A stretch of 64,000 bases of DNA from Paragordius varius (Eukaryota; Animalia; Nematomorpha). Of this stretch, positions 50,991 to 64,000 are shown in pieces. The notes under the pieces are model-generated. The model had not been told where the DNA came from and did not search any database. It worked only from the letters and a program-made list of their open reading frames with translations. The stretch covers positions 10,850,001 through 10,914,000 of the forward strand of contig OZ176051.1 in NCBI GenBank assembly GCA_964247055.1. The letters run 5' to 3'. The number at the start of each line of letters is the position of its first letter. Position 1 is the first letter of the stretch. Position numbers and translations under genes: made by a program.

Positions 50991-52493
50991 CAAATTCCAC
51001 CCTCTAACTAAGTTATAAAGCTTAAAAATATAATGTGTTTAAATTATAATAAAAATTTGATTTTATGATAGCATCTTTTAAGGTGCCTCATTAAAATACA
51101 ATGACCATCAAAATTTTTAGGTTTTTTTGATAATTTATAAAAAATATTATGATATTTTTTATGGTATCCGATTGAAAGGAAACCATGTTGGAATTTTTAT
51201 ATCTTTAATACTTGAAAAGAAGCCACAATAATTATTTACGGATTGTTTTTAATCAAAAAATTAAAAAAATAACCTAATTAATTAATAAAACTTGTGCTAT
51301 AAAATCAACCAATTTTAAATTTAGGAACTAGGTTGGTTTGTCTGTATACATAGTTTAGCCATTGTTAATTAATCATCCAATGAATAAACAGTCTATATAT
51401 TTTTATATTTTCATTTATTGGGAGAGTGTATGATTTGGTGTTTAATTAATATAAAAACATAAATATGGACTCACCCTATATTTTAATTATATAGGATATT
51501 TGTGTGATAAAAATCCATAATTGATATTTATATTTATATGTAAATATTTTGCAAAAATGTAAAAAAAATTAAAAATTGAAATATTTTTATCAACGACGAT
51601 TAAAATTTTTTAAAATATAGGTAAATCCTTTCAATAATTTCGTTTTCATATCATTTTTCGCGTTTTCCTTTCTAGTTATTGTAACCAGGCATTTTGTAAA
51701 TAATAGATATTAAATTATTAAAAAAATGTAAAAATGTAAGTTTGTCTGAACTTTAAATAATGTTGATGACCTAAAAATCAAATGACAGAATGCTATCAAT
51801 AACTGTGATTATTTTTTGGTTTATTACACAGTGTCCATAAAAAAGTATCCTATGGAAAGTACATAAGTTGATAGGAAAATGTATCAGAATTTTCATAATG
51901 CTTTTAGTCCTGGTCCTTACGAGTAAATTTAGAAAGTTAAAGCTATGTACGCTTTTATGGTAGGTGCTCCATATCAGAAAATGGCAAATTTGCTGACATT
52001 TTATTTAAATTTTTGGTACAAGTTAAAAGTTTCAATGTTTAGGAAGCCCATAAACTACGACCTTACCAATATTAATTTTGTCAATATGTGACCTTTTATT
52101 TACTAGTTGACATATTGGGGTAGTCTTATATCCCAGAACTCAATTTGTACATAAAAAAACTACTGTAATATTTTTTTTTTAAATTTAATTATAGTCTCTT
52201 GTATTAGACTTTTTACCAGTTTTGTAACCTATATTGGCTTCAACATACAAGAGCTGATGAAATCAATAATTAAGTTTTTGTTGGTAAAAGTCAACCTGTT
52301 ATTTAAGTTAATTATTTACATTTGCTAAACATAAAAAACATTGAATACCTATTGTAATAGCTTGCAAAATTTATTAAAAATGGCGGCGGAAATGTTAGAA
52401 ATGAGGATTTTATTACAATTTTACATTAAATTTTTTTGTATTAGGCGCCCTAAAGCCTAAAGAAAGCATCTTAAATCTGACCTACCACCTTAA

Positions 52494-53058
52494 CACTTCG
52501 ATTCAATTTGGGGTATCTAAATAACCCAGACTAAATTTGAGTTAGGATTTTTAAAAAACTACTGAAGGAAACGGTCCCAATTTAAATTTATGCTTCCCTA
52601 ATAAAAATTATATAAATATGCCAAAAAATCTAAATAAAATTTTGTTTTGAAAAAAAAGTTCCATGTCAATCTATTTCGACGCCATTTTTATTTTACAAAA
52701 TTTTTGAAAGATATCGTCTTCATTTAATTTTGAAGACAAAATTAAAGCTAGTTTTTTTATTTAAATTACATATAACTTTGATAGAAATAGAAAAGCGGTT
52801 TATTTTATATTATTCAATTTTACCATTGCACATATGTCAAGTTTACTTTACCTTTTGGTTTTAGCTTATAAGCAATATCAAGTATTTTGAATAAAATTTT
52901 TTATATAATTCAGTTTATTGATGTTATATAAGTGCAAAATTTTGCCATGGTTTCGATTAATTCCATGTTTTTAGAGAATTTAAATTTAAACAGGCCTTGG
53001 GTATTTAACTACCCCAATTTGAATCGAAGGACTAATATGAATGTGTTGTATCCAAGTG
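52494..53058. mobile_element. piggyBac-type MITE, copy 1 (TTAA-flanked)
   Basis: TTAA-CACTTCGATTCAATTTGGGGTA ... TACCCCAATTTGAATCGAAG-(spacer)-AAGTG-TTAA. Confidence 0.75.
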
Positions 53059-53102
53059 TTAATATATGGAATAAATAAAATGTGTTTCTTATATAACTTT
53101 AG

Positions 53103-53678
53103 CACTCCGATTCAAATTGGGGTATCTAAATACCCCAGACTATATTTAAATCAGGATTTTTAAAAAACTACTGAAGGAAACGGTCCTAATTCAAATTTAT
53201 GCTTCTATCCTGATAAAAATTATATAAATATGCCAAAATATTTAAATAAAATTTTGTTTTAAAAAAGAGTTCCATCTCAAACTACTTCGACGCCATTTTT
53301 ATTTTAAAATTTTTTTGCGAAATTCCGTCTTCATTTAATTTTAAGGGTAAAACTAAAGCTAAATATTAATATAAATTATATCTAACATTGATAGAAATAC
53401 AAAAAGCGGTTTATTTGTATTATTTTTTTAATTTTACCATTTGACACATACGTTGACGAAATTTTTACTTTAGGTTTTAGCTTAAAATATTGAATATCAA
53501 ATATTTTCGAATAATTTTTTTTTAAATTTAGGTTTATTTATGTTATATAAGTGCAAAATTTTGCCATGGTTTCGATTCCTTCCATACTTTTTAAAATATT
53601 TGATAATAAACAGGCCTGGGGTATCCAACTACCCCAATTCAAATCGAAGGACTAAAATGAGTGTGTTGTATCCCAGTG
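53103..53678. mobile_element. piggyBac-type MITE, copy 2
   Basis: TTAG-CACTCCGATTCAAATTGGGGTA ... TACCCCAATTCAAATCGAAG..CAGTG-TTAA, colinear with copy 1. Confidence 0.75.
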
Positions 53679-54677
53679 TTAATTAACAGAAAAATATTGA
53701 AATACTTGTTACTTATTCAGAATAAAAATTTAGCCAACATGACATGCTTGCAAAATTATAAAATAATGTAAAATATATCAATTTTTCGGTTTATAATAAT
53801 GTTAAAAGTAAAAAACATAATTTTATCAGAATCCAATAAAATTATTGTAAAATAAAAATGGCGTTGAAGTAGTTTTAAAGGAACTATATTTTCAAAACAA
53901 AATTTTATTTATAAATTTTGGCTTATTTATATAATTTTTATTACACAGTGTCCACAAAAAAATAATTTAATTAAATATATATATTCTGATAGGGAAATTT
54001 AGCAGAAATCATGGGGCCTTTGGTTTTGGCCTTCACGAGTCCTCTGAGAAAGTTTTATTATGTGGTCCATATCAAACAAGGGAAAAATTTGCCCACCTTT
54101 TTTAAATAATTTTTTTAAAGCGGCTTCCTTCCAAAAAATATCCCTAAAATATATGGTAAACTAAATAAAGCAAATATATTCAAAAATTTTTAATTTTTAG
54201 ATAGGGCTCCGAAAGTCCCGAGCTGGTCCTATTAAAATAAGCGCAAAAATGCATTGTGCGATAAAAAAAACTCATATAATAAATATTAATCTCAAAAACA
54301 AATATATTTAAAGATACTTTTTTCAAAAATTTAATTAGCAAAAATTTGAGTCATGATGGAAACGGTAATAAAAACTTTTTTATATATTATAAAAACACCT
54401 TATCTATATCCCAAATAATATTGCTTCAGAATTTTAATTTTTTGCTATATAAGTTTTTAGAAAATCAAAAAATATATTTATCACAAAATGGAGGAACGAT
54501 TTTTTTAAAGATAATCGAGATTATAGAAATGTTCAGGATCATTAAATTTTATAAAATGAGTTAACATGACATTTAAACACTATATTACTTTTTGGGGTAG
54601 TTTTATATCTCAGAGCGATTTGAAATTTTAATTTAAAATGTTAAATATTAAGCTATATTCTCTCTTTAGACGTTTAA

Positions 54678-55253
54678 AACTTCGATTCAAATTGGGGTAT
54701 AAAAATACCCCAGACTAAATTTGAGTTAGGATTTTTAAAAAACTACTGAGGATAACGGCACCAATTTAAATTTAGGCTTCTATCCTAATAAAAATTATAT
54801 AAATATGCCAAAATATCTAAATAAAATTTTGTTTTGAACAAAAAGCTCCATGTCAAACTACTAGGCCGCCATTTTTATTTTGCAAAAATTTTACAAAATA
54901 TCGTCTTTATTTAATTCTAAGGGTAAAAACAAAGCTAATTTTTGATTTAAATTACATCTAACAGTGATAGAAATAAAAAAAGCTGTTTATTTTTTATTGT
55001 TTTTCAATTTTACCATTGCACGCATGTCACATTGACTTTTTAACCTTTCGATTTTAGCTTAATATAAGTAATATCAAGTATTTTTGAATACAATGTTTTA
55101 TATATTTGGGTTTATTAATGTTATATAAGTGCAAGATTTTGCCACGGTTTCGATTCATTCCATATTTTTTAAAGAATTTAATTATAAGCAGGCCTGGGGT
55201 ATTTAACTACCCCAATTTGAATCGAAGGACTAAAAATGTGTTGTATCCAAGTG
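54678..55253. mobile_element. piggyBac-type MITE, copy 3
   Basis: TTAA-AACTTCGATTCAAATTGGGGTA ... TACCCCAATTTGAATCGAAG..AAGTG-TTAA, colinear with copies 1 and 2. Confidence 0.75.
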
Positions 55254-56259
55254 TTAAAATTATGCAATTTTTTTAATGTATAATTGTAGAAAAATACTTA
55301 TCTCAACTTTTTTGCAGCCATTTTTATAATATCTGAATAACTAATGTAGCAAGTAAAAAATATGGATCTAAAATGTAAAATAACTAAACATTAAAACTAC
55401 ATTTTACCAGAAAACCTAATATATTATGATTATAGCTGTTCCTTTCAATCGTGTCTTAGAGTTTATCCCAATTTAGGACTTTAGAAGTCACACTGTAGAA
55501 AATATAAACTGTTTTATATAATACAGACTAATTTTTGATAAATAAATAACTTTCAAAACTGTGGTTTTGTAAAATTGAGTACTGGGATACAAAACTAGCA
55601 AAAAATAAACTATAACAAAAAAGTGCTAAGAGAAAGAAGTAATAGTTGATTAGCATAAATTTTAAATGTTTATCGCGAACCTGACATTTTTGCGTTTATT
55701 TTAAAAATATTAGCTCATATAATGAATTCGGAGCTCATTGCTTTTTTATTTAGTTTATAATATATTTTGGTGATACTTTAAGGAAAGCCTCTGACTTTCA
55801 CCTGAAAAATTTTATCTAAAAAATATGCCCAAATTTTGCTATTTTCCTATATGGAACAGTTAAATAAATGCAAATAATTTTCTTAAATCGCTCATGAGCA
55901 CCAAAAGGACTAATCTTGATACTTTCATATGTATTTAATCAGGTTATTTTTTATACCTCCTATGACGCAATCTTAGGATCAGTAGTGTTTCAATATTAAC
56001 CAATATTGTCTGGGATTCTAATCCAATTTGAATCAAAGTATCCAGGTATCCAGAAAAGGGTGTGACAGGCTTGCTCCTTACCGTCACTGTCCGCACAGGA
56101 CGACCCTTACCGCCTTCCTACGCTTTTACGCGCCTCAGGGATTACTTGTTTTGTGCACATTGTAAATATCATCTGCATGTTGTAATTTAATACCATTTTG
56201 CCATATGACGCTAAAAAGTCCAAACTTTTAAATTTTTCCCTAATATTTCTAAAATTGAT

Positions 56260-59302
<3,043 letters not shown>

Positions 59303-60421
59303 TACAAAACACACCCATCTTCCTTTTAAGATACACATTATAATATTTTTTGTATGCTAAAATTAAAATATTTTTATGCATTTAGCATAATATCAACTAA
59401 CTTTCCACATGTAAATATGTACATACAGGTTAGAAAAGTTTTTTAACATTCATAGACCTTTTTTAGTTGACTTTTTTGCTAGTACATTTGAAATTTTGTC
59501 TTGTAGAAGGTGATATCTACTGGACGGTGTATTAAGCGTTCTATTAATCGTGTAATAATTGTTTTTGTATATATAATATTACTAATTTAATTTTTTTATA
59601 TTTCACATAACAATGATCATTTTTATCAGTTGAAAGAACTAATAAATTATTAATTGTACATTATATATTTTGCTTAATAAAATTTGTATTGCCACAATGT
59701 TAAAGTGAGAACAGGCAAACCTTTTGGACATCTATATGATGTTATATTAATATCTATATGCCATTTTTACTTAATATGTTTTCTATATATAGCTCGGCTA
59801 TCATAAAATGATCTCCTATGTATTTTACCATTCTATTTTAAATCCAGGCTTTATATATCAAGTTCAGTTGTTTAAGATAATGCAATATTCATAATATTTT
59901 ATAATTTTTTTCAATATTGGACCAGCATTTCAATGATCAGGATTATTATGGTGTTTTAGGTAGAAAGTTATTTACACTTTTGTGGTACAGGCTCCTTATC
60001 AGAGAATAGCGAAATCATCTCATATTTTGTTATAACCTTTTTTAAGCATCTTCGAATTAGTTTTTACGTTTTTGTCATGCTTCAAAATAGCGTGAAGTAT
60101 TTAAAATTTTCAGCAAAATATCCATGATTTTGGGAAAATATTTTTTATTCTCATAATTTAGTTTACATTTATTAATTTTATCCCCGATTCTGGTTTTGCG
60201 TTTATTTAATAGAAATAAAGGGAGGAAAAATTTGGAACTTTCGGAGCAAATTTCTTAAATTAGAATTTAACAAAAAAATACTTGTTTTTTATACGTAGTT
60301 TATTATATAATTTAGTGATATTTTTAAAATAAAGAAATTAGCTTTCTAAAAAATTATAATCAAACAAAATGTGCGCAAATTTTGCGATTTTTTGATATAG
60401 AGCAGTTACCATAAAAGTATA

Positions 60422-61306
60422 TATGTGTGCAAAAAAATTTTTCTTATGAACATCGAATTCATTTGCCGCAAAATTTTTTATTTATTAAGATCTAGTTTTG
60501 GAAATAATGAGAGAAAATCAAAATTGGGCAAAGTGAAAATAATGGTTTTAAGTTTATTTTCATTTTAGCTAGTTTAAAATCATATAGTTACTTTTATAAA
60601 ATAGATGACAAAATTGCGTTACTCTTTTTACATAATCAAAATACAAAAACTTCTTTTACATGTATATTAAATTTTTTTAATTATTTACTAGCTAAACTCA
60701 CTATTAAATTCTTAACATGTATATTTTATTTAGTAAAAAACTAATATATAATAAAAAAACTAAAAAAATATTGTTTTTTATTTTTTGTCATCTAGTTTAT
60801 GAGTGTAAAATAACTACTGCTTATATTGGAATCTTACATGAGCGGGAATTATTTAATATGAAAATTAATACAAATAGACAAGTAGTCGAATATCAACCAA
60901 AACCACGTACAGATCCCAGTAAATATATCATTTTGTGTTGAAATAAACCTGTTAGAGGATTCGTGCGGGTTGTCGGTTGATATTCCACTACTTTCAAAAC
61001 CTAGTTTGTTTATTTTTATATACTTTTATATTCCCGCTTATGAAAGATTTAAATAAATTTTTATACACTCATTAACCAGAATTTGATTTTAGGTTATTTA
61101 TAAATTGTGAATATTTGCTAATTATAACAAACCATATATCTCAAACTTTTCATTATTTTTGTATTCTTAATTTTTTTGCCAATTTCGATTTGCTCTCGAT
61201 ATTTCAAAACCTAGGTCGTCAACACAAATAAAATTTTTTGCGGCAAATTAATTCGCTGGTCATGAGCTCTCTCATGAAAAAATTAATCTTTTTTTTGCAC
61301 ACAGTG
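60422..61306. mobile_element. Palindromic element, copy 3 (internally deleted, more diverged)
   Basis: GTGTGCAAAAAAA..CATTTGCCGCAAAAT ... TTTTTGCGGCAAAT..TTTTTTGCACACAGTG-TA. Central AATATCAACC..CGTACA.ATCCC / GGATTCGT..GGTTGATATT as in copies 1 and 2. Confidence 0.8.
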
Positions 61307-62665
61307 TAAATCTCGTTAGTGACAAAAAAGCACCATGATAATCCTGATACTTTCTGTTATATATATATTTCACCAAAATATTTTTGGGGGGGACATGATA
61401 AATATTATTACTATTATTTAATAACTAATTTGCACCTATAATTAATCTATAACATTAAATTATTTCCACTGTTAGGTTATGAAACTCTTGAAATATTTTC
61501 CCTATTACTTTAGACAATATAGATATCGCATTAGCACTAGAGGTAAAAAAAACATATATTCCGACGAAAATACTTTTTTGAAAAAAATGAGCACACAAAA
61601 CTTTTACGAGTGAATAAAATTTTGTGTCATTCGTGGCTCCAAAATTGGTCACCATCTGTAGGATGGTTGTCCGTCTATTGGAACAATAAAAAAATAATTA
61701 CAAAATCTTAAATTCATTGTTTTATCATTCAGAACATAGTTTGGCGTTGAAAGGTAAGGAACTTAATTTCGGAATACTAAACCATAATCGGTGGTGGAGA
61801 GCATAAACTGATTCATATTATTTAATTGCACAACTTTAATTCTATATAAGATGTTAAGCATCCATCAATATTATGAAAAAACGCCCAAAATTTTGCGAAG
61901 ATATTAGCGAGACAAATTGATGACTTTGCTACATTTTCAATATACCAATAATTTTAAGTCTTCAAAAAATAAATATAAAATTTGCAAATTGATTATTATC
62001 TTAACCAATCGATTTTATATTATAAAAACATTCCTATATTTTTCCAAAAAAATGGGGATTGTTAAAATAATGAACATAATAAATGGTAATTAATTTTTCT
62101 AGTGATATCATGAAATTAAGAACTGGTTGAAAATCTATGACATATGGATGATATTTAAAAGCTTGTACGATTCGGTTTTGGACTTACAATGAGAAAATTA
62201 TTATTCTTTTTCAGATGCTCCATATCAGAAAATGGCAATTTGAACGCTTTTTAAATAAAAATACGGTGAAAGTAGATTGCTTCTTCTAAATATCTCACTA
62301 AAATCGATTATAAGCTATACATAAAATGTAAAACAATATTAATTTATAGATGTGTCTGAAAGTCTCATGCGTGTTTTCTCAAAAAAGTAAAAATGCCGAG
62401 ATTGCGCGATAAGAATTTTAAACATAAGCTAAATTATTACATCCTGAATTCTAAAAAATGGATGATTTGCTATATCGAACGATTTGTCGAATCAATTTTT
62501 ATGGTATTTCGAAGCATTTCCAATTTCAATGGTGCTGAACATTTCAGCACCTATGTTTTTTAAACTAATGTGTTTGATTTTTAAATAGTTTTTATGTAAA
62601 AAACAAAAAAGTAAAAGCTTATATATATCGAAAGATTATTATTGAAAATCAAGGTTTAGCATCAC

Positions 62666-62700
<35 letters not shown>

Positions 62701-62702
<2 letters not shown>

Positions 62703-64000
62703 TTTCCCAGTCAAAATAAATGTTTTCCCAGTCAATCGAAACATTTTCCCAATCAATCGAAACGTTTTCCCAGTCATCGAAACATTTTCCCAGTCAATCG
62801 AAACATTTTCCCAGTCAATCGAAACATTTTCCCAGTCAATAAAAACATTTTCCCAATCAATAAAAACGTTTTCCCAAACAAAAACGGTTTTTTTTTATGA
62901 TAAATATCAAAACAAGAGTTTAAAAAAAACTTTTAACCATTATCAGCGTAATATTAGGATATTATTTTTCATAAAAACACAATTATTGAATGACAATTTT
63001 TCCAAGTATATTCCCGTACACAATTAATGACTTATTTTTTAAAAGTCATATATTTGGAATTTGAGATGTTTTTAAGATAATATTTTTTATTTTATCGATG
63101 GTTTGCATTAATCTTTGCGGATCGCTTCACAACAGTTTTTAAATATCTCAAGTTTGATAAAAATACTGTCGGAAAAAATATCTAAACGAAATGATTTTAT
63201 GATAAAAATGTTTTTGATTTAAAAATATTTAATAAAAAGGATATTCACTAAAACAAGGGTGACCAACTAAATGCCTTTGCGGGCCGCAATTTTAACTCAA
63301 AAAGCACACCGTTCCGCATTCGAATATATACGGGCATTCACATAATTTTTCGATTAATAAGACTGTAAAATATAAACACAATATAACAAATTTTTTTAAT
63401 TCGTTACCAATTTAATAGACTCATAAATATACGTAAGAAATATGAATATTACTGAGATTTTGTGGGCATATTTTTGCATATGGATTTCCAAATTTTTCAC
63501 GGCCGCACAGATACTCGGAAGACCGCCTTAGCCGCTTGATGAAGCAAATAATAAATATTATAAAATTAGAATTATTTGTTTAAGATCCAATGTGAAGTGT
63601 TAAATAAACCTGCAAATATGAATGCGAACCATCGATAAAATAAAAAATATTATCTTAAAAACATCTCAAATTCCAAATATATAACTTTTAAAGAATAAGT
63701 CATTAATGATTGTGCACTGGATAATTGGAAAAATTGTCATTCATTAATTGTGTTTTTAATCAAAAATAACCATATATTACGCAGATAATGGTTAAAAGTT
63801 GTTTTTAAACTCTTGTTTTGATATTTATCATCAAAAAACCGTTTTAATTTAGGAAAACGTTTTTATTGATTGGGAAAATGTTTTTATTGACTGGGAAAAT
63901 GTTTCGATTGACTGGGAAAACGTTTCGATTGACTGGGAAAACGTTTCGTTTGGCTGGGAAAATGTTTCGATTGACTGGGAAAATGTTTTTTAAACTGGGA
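62701..64000. mobile_element. Foldback element with ~250-bp inverted arms built from 21-bp tandem repeats; right end at the window edge
   Basis: The left arm has 8-9 copies of TTTTCCCAGTCAATCGAAACA plus a unique ~75 bp (62701-62955). The reverse-complement arm is at ~63775-64000. A (TA)n tract directly precedes the left arm. Confidence 0.85.
63254..63535. mobile_element. hAT (Charlie-like) MITE nested in the foldback element
   Basis: CAAGGGTGACCAACTAAATGCCTTTGCGGGCCGCA ... CACGGCCGCAC. The interior matches the 44397 copy. Confidence 0.65.

Noticed and set aside
50870-51010. Minus-strand open frame RGWNLYRDVAKNLKMNLVINFETPP as an exon of a gene divergent from PRPS
   Set aside because: The + strand frame at the same place is phase-compatible with the upstream exon chain, and no other minus-strand exons were found to support it.
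51828-51850. RAG/Transib RSS-like heptamer CACAGTG (also at ~27244 and ~53945)
   Set aside because: There is no nonamer at 12- or 23-bp spacing. A preceding TA and the repeat context fit Tc1/mariner-type ends better.
62701-62885. CRISPR-like appearance of the regular 21-bp repeats
   Set aside because: Units are head-to-tail with no unique spacers, there are no cas genes, the context is eukaryotic, and the array is mirrored as a transposon-like arm.

Overview
Very AT-rich eukaryotic DNA with spliceosomal GT-AG introns from 46 nt to several kb; the species cannot be determined from the sequence, but intron positions shared with human PRPS1 point to an animal. I reconstructed six genes by hand: the C-terminal part of a divergent FEM1-like ankyrin protein (+, 1243-2403); a 6-exon, 349-aa secreted SOUL/haem-binding protein with a charged, His-rich N-terminal extension (-, 6267-10761); a multi-exon N-terminal CCCH zinc-finger protein (-, 14081-~22384); a 2-exon, 345-aa TNFAIP8/TIPE protein with a large insertion (-, 26032-30611); an intronless orphan class-A-like GPCR (-, 32895-34421); and a 6-exon, 319-aa PRPS (+, 56260-59302). 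A seventh, unrecognised multi-exon gene probably lies at ~37.7-51 kb; most of its exons are too short for the ORF track. Intergenic and intronic DNA is dense with non-autonomous DNA-transposon derivatives: three ~0.9-1.2 kb almost fully palindromic elements, hAT-type MITEs, three TTAA-flanked piggyBac-type MITEs and foldback elements with 21-bp tandem arms. There are also two decayed Mos1-like mariner relics, a tRNA-headed SINE-like repeat, a ~155/315-bp higher-order tandem array and a possible decayed FEM1 paralogue. I found no rRNA, intact tRNA or CRISPR array. All alignments and translations were done by eye, without database searches.
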